DNA from: Methylobacter sp.
Lineage (GTDB): Bacteria; Pseudomonadota; Gammaproteobacteria; Methylococcales; Methylomonadaceae
Assembly (NCBI GenBank): GCA_041661895.1
Contig: JBAZTN010000001.1
Coordinates: 1 to 46,207 of the forward strand
Direction of reading: 5' to 3'
DNA length: 46,207 bases
How positions within the stretch are numbered: position 1 is the first letter of the stretch; each line of letters begins with the position of its first letter. A program made the position numbers and the translations under genes. A model generated the notes under the pieces. It was not told the DNA's origin and searched no databases. It worked only from the letters and a program-made list of their open reading frames with translations. Positions 1 through 11,011 of this stretch are shown here, one piece after another.

Positions 1-217
1 CCAGGTTTTCAATATTAAACAGGACGAAAAATACAACGAAAATAACATTGACTTCAAATTACGTGACCACGCCTTATTTATTTCTTTCGCGCCGGCGGAT
101 GACCCAAAAATTGCAGTTGCCGTGATTGTTGAACATGGAGGCCACGGCGGCTCAGTCGCCGCCCCCATCGCAGGGAAAGTTATCAAGCAATTTTTAGAGG
201 CCAACAATGACAACTGA
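1..217 (+). CDS. mrdA: Penicillin-binding protein 2, C-terminal fragment (5'-truncated by window)
   Basis: Frame from base 2 reads QVFNIKQDEKY...LRDHALFISFAPADDPKIAVAVIVEHGGHGGSVAAPIA...* (TGA 215-217), the typical PBP2 C-terminus; overlaps the rodA start. Confidence 0.93.
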   Translation, partial: QVFNIKQDEKYNENNIDFKLRDHALFISFAPADDPKIAVAVIVEHGGHGGSVAAPIAGKVIKQFLEANNDN

Positions 218-1337
218 AACCCGCAGTGAACAATTTCAACCGCCCTCAATTATCGGCAATATTCTTAGAAAACTGCACATAGATATTCCCCTATTTATCT
301 GCCTTTCCCTTATCTCACTGTTGAGCTTCGTTATTCTTTACAGTGCGGGCAGCCAGAATATGGACCTACTCATGCGCCAGGCTGCGCGTGTCGGATTGGC
401 TTTTCTTTTAATGGCCGCATTGGCTCATGTCGATCCCCAGCAGTTTAAACGTTATTCGGCGATGCTTTTCGGTCTGGGTATATTATTGCTGTTTGCAGTG
501 CTGATCCTAGGGCAATTCGGCAAAGGCGCGCAACGCTGGCTCGATCTGGGACTTTTTCGTTTCCAACCCTCAGAAATGATCAAAATCACGACCCCCATGA
601 TGATCGCCTGGTACCTGGCGGAGCATGCGTTGCCGCCAAAACCTAAACAACTGCTTATAGCCAGCATACTAATTGTCATCCCCACATTGCTGATCGCCAA
701 ACAACCCGACCTTGGGACTGCGTTACTGGTAGCCAGCTCCGGCGCTGCCATACTGTTTTTTGCCGGTCTTTCCTGGCGACTCATTCTGGCCATCGGCACC
801 ACACTGGCTGCGCTGACGCCTATACTATGGCATTTTATGCGCCCCTATCAACGCGACCGGGTACTCACCTTCTTAAACCCGGAAGCTGATCCATTAGGCA
901 GGGGCTACCATATAATTCAATCGAAAATCGCTATTGGCTCCGGCGGCATCAATGGCAAAGGCTGGCTAGGCAGCACCCAGTCAGAACTGGATTTTTTACC
1001 GGAAAGCTCTACCGACTTTATTTTTGCAGTCTTTGCCGAAGAATTTGGCCTTTTCGGCTGCTTAGGCCTATTGGTGCTGTATCTGCTCATTATTATCCGT
1101 TGCCTGTATATTGCCTCGCAAGCTCAAGATACCTACAGCCGTTTATTAGCCGGCGGCTTAGCCTTTACATTTTTTGTTTATGTTTTTGTTAACATCGGCA
1201 TGGTTATAGGTGTTCTGCCCGTTGTCGGTGTTCCATTGCCATTAATTAGCTACGGAGGCACATCAATAGTGACCTTACTAGCGGGTTTCGGAATTCTTAT
1301 GTCAATTCACACTCATAAAAAACTCATCTCTCACTAA
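207..1337 (+). CDS. rodA: Rod shape-determining protein RodA (SEDS peptidoglycan glycosyltransferase)
   Basis: GAQRW, FQPSE, QPDLGTA, GYHIIQSKIAIGSGG, PESSTDFIF, PLISYGGTS motifs; follows mrdA. Confidence 0.97.
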   Translation: MTTETRSEQFQPPSIIGNILRKLHIDIPLFICLSLISLLSFVILYSAGSQNMDLLMRQAARVGLAFLLMAALAHVDPQQFKRYSAMLFGLGILLLFAVLILGQFGKGAQRWLDLGLFRFQPSEMIKITTPMMIAWYLAEHALPPKPKQLLIASILIVIPTLLIAKQPDLGTALLVASSGAAILFFAGLSWRLILAIGTTLAALTPILWHFMRPYQRDRVLTFLNPEADPLGRGYHIIQSKIAIGSGGINGKGWLGSTQSELDFLPESSTDFIFAVFAEEFGLFGCLGLLVLYLLIIIRCLYIASQAQDTYSRLLAGGLAFTFFVYVFVNIGMVIGVLPVVGVPLPLISYGGTSIVTLLAGFGILMSIHTHKKLISH

Positions 1338-2365
1338 TGAAACTAAAAACCATCCTAGCCCCTATAACACTTAGCTGCGTCTGTTTAATCGTTACCTCCT
1401 GCGCCGTCACTGAAATAAAAGAGCCCGCGACAACGACAACAGTAACAGGGGCAAGGACAGATGCCATTAATGCCTTTATCAGACAGATGGTGGCTACACA
1501 CCAGTTTAATGAGTCAGAACTTCATGACTTGTTTGAATCAATCGAAATTAAGAATGATATTCTCAAAAGAATTTCGTCACCATCGGAAGGCTTGCCCTGG
1601 TATAAATATCGCAAAATCTTTCTGACTGAAGCACGCATCAACTCTGGAGTACAATTCTGGCGGGAAAACGAACAAGCATTGGCCGCAGCAGAGAAACAAT
1701 ACGGAGTTCCAGCAGAAATTATTATCGCTATCATCGGCGTTGAAACGCTTTACGGGAAAAACACCGGCAATCACCGTGTAATCGACGCCCTGTCTACGCT
1801 AGCTTTTGCCTATCCACCACGCAGCAAATTCTTTCTCAGCGAACTTGAAAACTACTTGCTGCTCTGTCGCGATGAACACATTAACCCCACCGATTCAACA
1901 GGCTCTTATGCTGGCGCCATGGGTATGCCGCAATTTATGCCCAGCAGTTTCAGAACCTACGCCGTTGATTTTGACAACGATAATCACCGCGATATCTGGC
2001 ACAACAAAAGCGATGTCATAGCCAGTATCGCCAATTATTTTGCCAAACATCACTGGCAAGCCGGTCAGGCTATCGCTGTTCCCGTTACAGCCAAAGACGA
2101 AAACTATAAATTGGCATTGAATAAAGACCTTAAGCCGAATTTAAGTCTTACCGAGTTAGAATCACTCAACTTAACAATATCGAGGCAATTACCTTTAGAC
2201 AGTAAAGTGAAGCTGCTTAGCTTTGAACAGCAACAAGGCGAAGAACTCTGGGCGGGGTTAGACAATTTTTATGTCATTACCCGCTACAACCACAGTCCTT
2301 TATATGCCATGGCCGTTTATCAGTTAAGCCAATCTATTTTAAATAAAAAAGGCTCATTCCCATGA
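1337..2365 (+). CDS. mltB: Lytic murein transglycosylase B (lipoprotein)
   Basis: IIGVETLYG, GSYAGAMGMPQFMPSSF, NFYVITRYNHSPLYAMAV motifs; lipobox-like Cys. Confidence 0.95.
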   Translation: MKLKTILAPITLSCVCLIVTSCAVTEIKEPATTTTVTGARTDAINAFIRQMVATHQFNESELHDLFESIEIKNDILKRISSPSEGLPWYKYRKIFLTEARINSGVQFWRENEQALAAAEKQYGVPAEIIIAIIGVETLYGKNTGNHRVIDALSTLAFAYPPRSKFFLSELENYLLLCRDEHINPTDSTGSYAGAMGMPQFMPSSFRTYAVDFDNDNHRDIWHNKSDVIASIANYFAKHHWQAGQAIAVPVTAKDENYKLALNKDLKPNLSLTELESLNLTISRQLPLDSKVKLLSFEQQQGEELWAGLDNFYVITRYNHSPLYAMAVYQLSQSILNKKGSFP

Positions 2366-3177
2366 ATAAAACCCTACCGATACTTCTAATTTTTGTTTTA
2401 TGCAGTTGTACCACCGAACAAGTAAAAACTACCGACAGCTTAAGCCAACCCCCAGTTACAACCAACTCTACAGCCAATCACCCATTCAGATACCTTTCAA
2501 AATTACACTTTGGCGATTCAGATACGCAGAATACTACCGCTGCCAAAGAAGAAAATCTTTTACCCCGCATTGCCCGCTACTTTAAACAGGGCATAGCCTC
2601 ATGGTACGGCTCCGATTTTCACGGTAAAAAAACCGCAAATGGCGAAATATACGACATGTATGCTATGACGGCCGCACATCGAACACTGCCGTTGTCATCC
2701 TACGCTCGCGTAACCAATCTGGAAAATCAGCGTAGTATTATTGTTCGTATCAATGACCGGGGACCTTATCATGGCGACCGGGTTATGGATTTGTCTTACG
2801 CTGCCGCCAAGAAACTGGATCTTCAAGAGGCAGGAATAGGAGCCGTTGAAATCAAGGCGATAGCGCCCGAACAGGCGTTAGCGCAACTACAAAAATCAGC
2901 AGAAACACAAGAAAAGGATGTTTATTTGCAAGTAGGTACTTTTGGCAACAAAAAGACGGCGATGAAATTACAACATAAAATCGCCACCAATAAGTTAGCC
3001 CAACCTAAAATACTTTCCTCTGTACACAAAGGATCTACTCTATACAAAGTTGAAATAGGACCTATTAAATCTCCGGAGAGTGGACACAAACTGAATATAC
3101 AGTTAGCAAATCTGGGCATAAAAACGACTCAATTTGTTACTGAACCCTACCAAACACAAACTGCCATGATACAATAA
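2362..3177 (+). CDS. rlpA: Septal ring lytic transglycosylase RlpA (DPBB + SPOR)
   Basis: GIASWYG..FHGKKTANGE, AAHRTLP, VRINDRGP; C-terminal SPOR-like YLQVGTF. Confidence 0.95.
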   Translation: MNKTLPILLIFVLCSCTTEQVKTTDSLSQPPVTTNSTANHPFRYLSKLHFGDSDTQNTTAAKEENLLPRIARYFKQGIASWYGSDFHGKKTANGEIYDMYAMTAAHRTLPLSSYARVTNLENQRSIIVRINDRGPYHGDRVMDLSYAAAKKLDLQEAGIGAVEIKAIAPEQALAQLQKSAETQEKDVYLQVGTFGNKKTAMKLQHKIATNKLAQPKILSSVHKGSTLYKVEIGPIKSPESGHKLNIQLANLGIKTTQFVTEPYQTQTAMIQ

Positions 3178-3210
3178 AACTACGTTTTACTGAGTCCACA
3201 TTCAAGAGCA

Positions 3211-4389
3211 ATGATATCTTTTAAAAGTTTTCCCCGCCTCCCCGTTTTTTTATTTTTCAGCTTGCTGATTGCCACCTTCCCGGCAAAATCAGAAAACGCT
3301 GAAATTATGACTCCAGCACCACCAACCATTGCAGCCAGCAGTTATATATTACTGGACTACAATACCGGCAAAGTGCTGGCGGAAAACAATGCTGACGCTA
3401 AACTTGCTCCCGCCAGTCTCACCAAGATCATGTCTGTTTATGTGGTGTTCCGGGAAATCAGTAATGGACATTTAAAGTTAGAAGATCTGGTAACTATCAG
3501 CAAAAAAGCCTGGGAAACAGCCGGCTCTCGCATGTTTGTCGAAGTCGGAAATCAAATTAAGGTTGAAGACCTCCTAAAAGGCGTCATCATCCAATCTGGC
3601 AACGATGCCAGCGTAGCTTTGGCGGAACATATCGCAGGTGATGAAACCACCTTTGCTGACATGATGAATCAGCATGCTAAAAGACTTGGAATGACCAATA
3701 GCCATTTTGAGGACAGCAATGGACTCCCTATCGAAAACCATTACACCTCAGCACGCGATTTAGCCATTCTCACCACGGCTTTAATCAAGGAATTTCCTGA
3801 CTACTATCGCTGGTTTTCGCAAAAAGAATTCACCTATAACAAAATCACTCAGCATAATCGCAATCAACTGCTTTCGCGTGACGGAACGGTTGATGGCGTT
3901 AAAACCGGATTTACCGATGCCGCTGGCTATTGCCTGGTTGCCTCTGCGCTAAGGGACAATATGCGCCTGATTTCTGTAGTAATGGGCGCAGGCAGCGCCA
4001 ACGCCAGAGCCAACGAAAATCAGACTCTGCTTAATTATGGATTCCGATTTTTTGAATCGCACAAACTGTATCAGGGCAAAACAGCTTTAACCGAAGCAAG
4101 AGTCTGGAAAGGGGACACCACAAAACTGGAAACTGGCTTGGCAGAAGATCTTTACGCCACCATTCCTCGCAATCGTTACTCTGACCTTAAAGCTGTTATT
4201 AATCTTGATAAAGACATTACCGCCCCCATCAAAGAAGGCGACAAAGTTGGCTCTGTGAACGTCACACTGAAAGATGAAATTATTGCCAACAAAGACCTGA
4301 TAGCACTTAAATCTGTCGAAAAAGGCAACATTATCAGAAGACTCTATGATGGCGCACTGTTAAAGTTCGGAAAGTCAGATGGAAAATAA
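3211..4389 (+). CDS. dacA: D-alanyl-D-alanine carboxypeptidase (PBP5/6)
   Basis: SxxK (ASLTK), SGN and KTG motifs. Confidence 0.95.
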   Translation: MISFKSFPRLPVFLFFSLLIATFPAKSENAEIMTPAPPTIAASSYILLDYNTGKVLAENNADAKLAPASLTKIMSVYVVFREISNGHLKLEDLVTISKKAWETAGSRMFVEVGNQIKVEDLLKGVIIQSGNDASVALAEHIAGDETTFADMMNQHAKRLGMTNSHFEDSNGLPIENHYTSARDLAILTTALIKEFPDYYRWFSQKEFTYNKITQHNRNQLLSRDGTVDGVKTGFTDAAGYCLVASALRDNMRLISVVMGAGSANARANENQTLLNYGFRFFESHKLYQGKTALTEARVWKGDTTKLETGLAEDLYATIPRNRYSDLKAVINLDKDITAPIKEGDKVGSVNVTLKDEIIANKDLIALKSVEKGNIIRRLYDGALLKFGKSDGK

Positions 4390-5221
4390 AACCGTTTATT
4401 TAAACGGGGATTATCTGCCTCTTAATGAGGCAAAAATATCGGTCATGGATCGAGGCTTTTTGTTTGGCGACGGAGTCTATGAAGTCATTCCGTCCTATTC
4501 AGGTCAATTATTCCGTTTTCAAGAGCACATGGAGCGCCTGGAAAATAGCCTGGATACTATTCGTTTGGCCAACCCGCACACCCGTGAACAATGGCTGAAA
4601 ATACTGACCCCCCTGCTGGATTCCAGCCTGGATCAGTATATTTACCTACAGATTACCCGTGGCGTTGCCCCTAAAAGAGATCACGTTTTTCCGGAAAACA
4701 TCGCGCCTACAGTCTTTGCTATGTGTTCAAACATCGTCCCTTTTGACAACAGAGACTCAGGCGTGAAAGCAATCAGCGTGGATGACAGTCGCTGGGAGCT
4801 TTGCAATGTAAAAGCCACCACACTGCTCGCCAATATCCTTCTTAGACAGCAGGCTGTTGAGCAAGGTTGCGCTGAGGCCATTTTGGTTAAAGATGGCTAT
4901 GTTACCGAAGGTGCTGCAAGTAATGTTTTTGCAGTTATTGGTGGCATTTTAATTACACCACCTCAAGGTCATGAAATATTGCCAGGCATTACCCGTGAAG
5001 TGATTCTGGAAATTGCACAGCAAAACAACATTCCCTGTAGCGAAGAAATTATTACACTGGATGCTTTAAAAACAGCCAGCGAGATCTGGATAGCCAGCTC
5101 TACCCGCGAAATCGTCCCGGTTGTTGAACTCGATTCTGAAAAAATTTCAGATGGCAAACCCGGGCCTGTATGGCAAAACATGAATCGTCTATTTCAAGCT
5201 TACAAAAAATCCTTATCATGA
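4379..5221 (+). CDS. dat: D-amino-acid aminotransferase (class IV PLP)
   Basis: DRGFLFGDGVYEV, EGAASNVF, ILPGITR motifs; typical position after dacA. Confidence 0.88.
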   Translation: MENKTVYLNGDYLPLNEAKISVMDRGFLFGDGVYEVIPSYSGQLFRFQEHMERLENSLDTIRLANPHTREQWLKILTPLLDSSLDQYIYLQITRGVAPKRDHVFPENIAPTVFAMCSNIVPFDNRDSGVKAISVDDSRWELCNVKATTLLANILLRQQAVEQGCAEAILVKDGYVTEGAASNVFAVIGGILITPPQGHEILPGITREVILEIAQQNNIPCSEEIITLDALKTASEIWIASSTREIVPVVELDSEKISDGKPGPVWQNMNRLFQAYKKSLS

Positions 5222-5481
5222 GTGAAGAAACCCTTCTGGAATTCCCCTGCCAGTTTCCTATCAAGGCGATGGGAAAAACCGAACTGGAACTTGACCTGCT
5301 GGTTGTAGAAATCATTCGCCGCCATGCTCCTGATATTAATGAAGGCGCAGTGACTACGCGCCCCAGCAAAGACGGCAATTACATCGCGGTAACCGTCATC
5401 ATAGAGGCTTCCAGCAAACAACAACTGGATGCTATTTATCAGGATTTATCAGACCATCCCCATATCTTGATGGCTTTGTAA
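5218..5481 (+). CDS. ybeD: YbeD / DUF493 family protein
   Basis: MSEETLLEFPCQFPIKAMG...SKDGNYIAVTV; ATG at 5218 overlaps the dat stop (ATGA), so the ORF-track start at 5170 is probably too long. Confidence 0.92.
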   Translation: MSEETLLEFPCQFPIKAMGKTELELDLLVVEIIRRHAPDINEGAVTTRPSKDGNYIAVTVIIEASSKQQLDAIYQDLSDHPHILMAL

Positions 5482-5483
5482 TT

Positions 5484-5590
5484 GTAGGTGCGAATTCATA
5501 CATGGCTATCCCTGCCATGCACCCTTCGGGTAAATGCAAATCTGCTCCAGGCAGATTTGTCATTCGCCTGGTCCGATAAATCCACACTTA
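5484..5590 (+). repeat. GTAG-type REP element interrupted by a 61-bp insertion
   Basis: Removing 5500-5560 and one CAT restores GTAGGTGCGAAT-TC-ATTCGC, a GTAG-tailed hairpin; a decayed second half follows. Confidence 0.75.
5500..5560. mobile_element. 61-bp non-autonomous triple-hairpin element, copy 1, flanked by CAT duplication
   Basis: Hairpins CATGGC/GCCATG, CC-TTCG-GG, CAAATCTGC/GCAGATTTG; CAT at 5497-5499 and 5561-5563; homolog at 39119-39178. Confidence 0.75.
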
Positions 5591-5603
5591 AAAGGGTACC
5601 CTA

Positions 5604-6209
5604 ATGCCTGTGATACGCAATTTGGGACTCCAGAGCTATGAAACCGTCTGGCAGAACATGCAGCAGTTCACCCAGGATCGCAATGCAGAAACTGCTGACG
5701 AACTATGGATCGTAGAGCACTTTCCCGTTTATACTCTTGGCTTGAATGGTAAACGTGAGCACCTGCTAAATACCGGCTCCATTCCTGTTATTAATTCTGA
5801 CCGGGGCGGACAGGTTACCTATCATGCTCCAGGGCAGCTGATAATTTATACCTTACTGGACATGAAGCGCAAAAACCTTGGGGTACGCCAGCTGGTCACG
5901 CTTCTGGAACAAGCCATGATTGACACCTTAGCCCTGTATAACATCGCAGCAATTGCCAGAGCCGATGCTCCCGGTGTCTATGTGAATGATAAAAAAATCG
6001 GCTCAATTGGCATAAGAATTAAAAACAACTGTAGCTATCATGGACTTAGTCTCAATAATCACATGGACTTGAGTCCTTTTGATCACATTAATACCTGCGG
6101 TTATTCTGGACTGGAAGTTACCCAACTGGCAGACCTGGGTGTCACTATCAGCAATGCTGAACTTGCCATCCCGGTTACTCAAGCCATCACGACGGCATTA
6201 CAAAAATGA
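5604..6209 (+). CDS. lipB: Lipoyl(octanoyl) transferase
   Basis: [36 protein letters not shown] motifs. Confidence 0.96.
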   Translation: MPVIRNLGLQSYETVWQNMQQFTQDRNAETADELWIVEHFPVYTLGLNGKREHLLNTGSIPVINSDRGGQVTYHAPGQLIIYTLLDMKRKNLGVRQLVTLLEQAMIDTLALYNIAAIARADAPGVYVNDKKIGSIGIRIKNNCSYHGLSLNNHMDLSPFDHINTCGYSGLEVTQLADLGVTISNAELAIPVTQAITTALQK

Positions 6210-7168
6210 CTCATCAAGCACCCTCCCGCTCCACCCCCGAATCTCACCAACGTAACGCTGAAAAACTGGCGAAAATCCCGATAAAAGTTGAACCTGCCGA
6301 AACCGTTTTGCGCAAACCGGACTGGATACGCGTAAAAATATCGGCCAGTGACGAAATTATCAGAATCAAACAATTATTGCGCGAACACCAACTGCACACC
6401 GTGTGTGAAGAAGCCGCCTGCCCTAATCTGGCTGAGTGTTTTCAGCATGGCACAGCGACTTTCATGATAATGGGCGATCTGTGCACGCGCCGCTGCCCTT
6501 TTTGCGACGTAGCGCATGGCAAACCGCTGGCACTGGATAAAGAAGAACCTCAACATCTGGCTGATGCCATACAGGCAATGGCATTAAAGTATGTGGTTAT
6601 CACTTCGGTAGACCGTGATGATTTAAGAGATGGTGGGGCGGGGCATTTTGCCGACTGCATCAAAAAAATCCGTTTGCAAACGCCAGCTACCAAAATAGAA
6701 ATTCTGGTTCCCGACTTCCGTGGACGCATAGAAAAAGCCGTTGAAATATTGGCTCAAGAACCCTGTGATGTGTTCAACCACAACCTGGAAACCGTCCCCA
6801 GATTGTACAAACAAGTGCGCCCCGGTTCCGACTACCAGGGGTCACTGAATTTACTGCGCCAATACAACCAAGCCCAGCCGCAAGTACCCACCAAATCGGG
6901 TCTAATGCTCGGCGTAGGCGAACATCCACACGAAGTTCATCAGGTCATGAAAGATTTAATAGCTCACGGTTGCTCAATGCTGACCCTAGGACAATATCTG
7001 CAACCCAGCAAAGCCCATTTGCCGGTCGAAAGCTACATCACCCCCGAACAATTTGATGAATATGGTGCCGTTGCAAAGGAATTAGGCTTTAAACAAGTCG
7101 CCAGCGCGCCAATGGTCAGATCATCCTACCATGCCGATCTTCAGGCTAAAGCCGTTATTAACAAATAG
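6206..7168 (+). CDS. lipA: Lipoyl synthase (radical SAM)
   Basis: [26 protein letters not shown]. Confidence 0.98.
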   Translation: MTHQAPSRSTPESHQRNAEKLAKIPIKVEPAETVLRKPDWIRVKISASDEIIRIKQLLREHQLHTVCEEAACPNLAECFQHGTATFMIMGDLCTRRCPFCDVAHGKPLALDKEEPQHLADAIQAMALKYVVITSVDRDDLRDGGAGHFADCIKKIRLQTPATKIEILVPDFRGRIEKAVEILAQEPCDVFNHNLETVPRLYKQVRPGSDYQGSLNLLRQYNQAQPQVPTKSGLMLGVGEHPHEVHQVMKDLIAHGCSMLTLGQYLQPSKAHLPVESYITPEQFDEYGAVAKELGFKQVASAPMVRSSYHADLQAKAVINK

Positions 7169-7326
7169 ATGAGGCATACCGTTAGCAAAAGAGCATAGGT
7201 ATCCACAAAACGGCCAATTATTTGATGTTGAACCGTTCATGGTGAACCTGCCGAACCTTATATATGCCTTTTGCAAGTACCTCCACTCTTTACTTCTAAA
7301 CTATCTAACCAATACAGACTCACCAT

Positions 7327-7366
7327 AAAAAAGCCCCGGCTATTAAAAATAACCGGGGCTTTTTTT
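7327..7366. terminator. Bidirectional rho-independent terminator between convergent lipA and groEL
   Basis: AAAAAAGCCCCGG...CCGGGGCTTTTTTT with A and T tracts on either side. Confidence 0.88.
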
Positions 7367-7413
7367 ACAACATAAACAAAGGCATATTACCACCTGCCTC
7401 TGTCAGGCAACAT

Positions 7414-9075
<1,662 letters not shown>

Positions 9076-9114
9076 TTAATATTTTGTATGTGAATGTGAT
9101 TAACGTGTTCAGGC

Positions 9115-9402
9115 TTAACCTAAAACACCCATGATGTCTTCTTCACGCATAACGATAAGGTCTTCACCGTCAACTTTAACTTCGTTACCTGAATACTTAC
9201 CAAACAGCACTTTATCGCCGACTTTAACTTCTAAAGCGCGTACTGTGCCGTTATCCAGCTGTTTGCCATTACCTACCGCCAAAATCACACCTTGGCTTGG
9301 TTTTTCAGCTGCAGAACCAGGCAGTAAAATACCGCCAGCAGTTGTAGTTTCTTCTTCAACACGTTTGACTATCACTCTGTCATGTAACGGACGTATTTTC
9401 AT
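9115..9402 (-). CDS. groES: Co-chaperonin GroES
   Basis: [14 protein letters not shown]...; ATG at 9402 preceded by GGAG. Confidence 0.98.
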   Translation of the reverse strand: MKIRPLHDRVIVKRVEEETTTAGGILLPGSAAEKPSQGVILAVGNGKQLDNGTVRALEVKVGDKVLFGKYSGNEVKVDGEDLIVMREEDIMGVLG

Positions 9403-9449
9403 CAATATCTCCAAACATTAAAATTAAAGGTTAAATTCAAATTTGAATT

Positions 9450-9476
9450 TTAGCACTCACCGACAATGAGTGCTAA
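9450..9476. promoter_or_regulatory. CIRCE element (HrcA operator) upstream of groES
   Basis: Exact TTAGCACTC-N9-GAGTGCTAA. Confidence 0.96.
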
Positions 9477-9549
9477 TAATAATCTACTTTTGCAGTCTGC
9501 CCCGTTCTTTGGCATCATCCCTTATCACAATACAGAATCAATATGACCT

Positions 9550-10314
9550 ATGAATGACAACCAATTACTACGCTATAGCCGTCAAATCATGCTCCCAGCT
9601 TGTGATATTGCAGGACAACAAAAACTTCTTGCCGCCAATGTATTAATCATTGGCGCTGGAGGACTTGGCTCCCCCGCTGCCATATATCTTGCTGCAGCCG
9701 GTGTCGGCAACATTACTCTATATGATAATGACGTAGTGGACTTATCCAACTTACAAAGACAAATTGCTCATCACACGCCTGATATTGGGATTGATAAGGT
9801 AATTTCAACCCGCCAGACACTCAATAAGTTAAATCCCGATGTCAACGTAAGGGCCGTTAAACAACGATTGGATGGTGAACAGCTTAATAGTGAAGTGATG
9901 CAAGCGGATGTGGTTCTGGACTGCAGCGATAACTTCTCAACGCGCTTTGCGATTAATAAAGCTTGTGTCAAATATCAGATTCCTTTGGTTTCAGGGGCGG
10001 CCATACGCTTTGAAGGCCAGGTAGCTGTATTCACTCCCGGCAAAAATGACAGCCCCTGCTACAACTGCTTATATAATAGCGACGGCGAAGAATTGCAGAA
10101 TTGCGCCACAAACGGGGTCATAGCGCCTATCACCGGAATAGTCGGCAGTATTCAGGCACTGGAAGCGATGAAACTAATAATGAATATTGGAGAAACTTTA
10201 ACCGGACGGTTATTGCTACTCGATGGATTTACGATGGAATGTAATACAATGAATCTGCGAAAAAATCCTAGCTGCCCGACTTGTAGCGAGATGGGTCGGG
10301 TTAGCGCAGTGTAA
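9550..10314 (+). CDS. moeB: MoeB/ThiF-family adenylyltransferase
   Basis: RYSRQI, GAGGLGS, DLSNLQRQ, two CxxC motifs; MoeB versus ThiF cannot be settled from sequence alone. Confidence 0.88.
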   Translation: MNDNQLLRYSRQIMLPACDIAGQQKLLAANVLIIGAGGLGSPAAIYLAAAGVGNITLYDNDVVDLSNLQRQIAHHTPDIGIDKVISTRQTLNKLNPDVNVRAVKQRLDGEQLNSEVMQADVVLDCSDNFSTRFAINKACVKYQIPLVSGAAIRFEGQVAVFTPGKNDSPCYNCLYNSDGEELQNCATNGVIAPITGIVGSIQALEAMKLIMNIGETLTGRLLLLDGFTMECNTMNLRKNPSCPTCSEMGRVSAV

Positions 10315-10324
10315 CCCGACCTAC
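10293..10324 (-). repeat. GTAG-type REP hairpin overlapping the moeB stop codon
   Basis: Minus strand GTAGGTCGGGTTA-CACTGCGC-TAACCCGACC (10-bp stem). Confidence 0.8.
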
Positions 10325-10334
10325 AAATGCTTTT

Positions 10335-10541
10335 TTATTTTTTACCAACCAACCCTCCGATAAATTTAATAGCTTTTTCTGCCATGTCGTTAACCAAAGA
10401 CGGACTGTCTCCGTGCGGCTCAATTTCACCAAATGGCTGACTGCTTTCCTTGGTAAATTTATAAATAAAATAACCCAACGGCGCGAACGCCGCAGCAGCG
10501 ATAATTAACATAAATACCCACAGCTCAACAACTCCACCCAT
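10335..10541 (-). CDS. Small single-pass membrane protein of unknown function (68 aa)
   Basis: Strong SD GAGGAGGG before ATG, N-terminal hydrophobic helix, fills the intergenic gap. Confidence 0.8.
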   Translation of the reverse strand: MGGVVELWVFMLIIAAAAFAPLGYFIYKFTKESSQPFGEIEPHGDSPSLVNDMAEKAIKFIGGLVGKK

Positions 10542-10824
10542 GTTCCCTCCTCATGATTTTTCATCATTTGTATTGTTATTTTTAGGTGAATTTGGATAAT
10601 ACTCTCTTCCCGTCAAAAAAACATCCTTCCCGACCTAACCAACAAATTGTATAAATTCGTACCCAGTCATTACTACCACACAACACCCAAATTTCATAAA
10701 AGACAGGGCATACACGCTTTTGGCGCCGTCAAAAGTTGCGTAAAAAAATAGTTCATCGTATACTTCAAATAGCTTACTTGATCAAGCTAGCGTATAACAT
10801 AAAAAACTTCTGGAGGTTATTACT

Positions 10825-10899
10825 ATGAAATGGGAAACACCAAGCTACACAGACCTGCGTTTCGGTTTTGAAGTAACAATGTACATCTACAACCGTTAA
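10825..10899 (+). CDS. pqqA: PQQ precursor peptide PqqA (24 aa; below ORF-track cutoff)
   Basis: MKWETPSYTDLRFGFEVTMYIYNR with E-x3-Y motif; SD GGAGGT; directly upstream of pqqB. Confidence 0.98.
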   Translation: MKWETPSYTDLRFGFEVTMYIYNR

Positions 10900-10916
10900 T
10901 ACCATTCGGTTTAGAC

Positions 10917-10949
10917 AAAAAAGGGACTCTTGACGGGTCCCTTTTTTTT
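10917..10949 (+). terminator. Intra-operon terminator between pqqA and pqqB
   Basis: AAAAAAGGGACTC-TTGAC-GGGTCCCTTTTTTTT. Confidence 0.85.
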
Positions 10950-11011
10950 GCCTGATCACCTTTATTCCCGTATCATTCAGCCCTTATCCCCTTTTAGGTT
11001 ACCTTCAAACT

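Noticed and set aside
7233-7257. CCGTTCATGGTGAACCTGCCGAACC, resembling a decayed palindromic repeat
   Set aside because: Single degenerate copy in the window; cannot be supported without a genome-wide search
10774-10959. 61-aa minus-strand ORF
   Set aside because: It is the antisense of pqqA and its terminator
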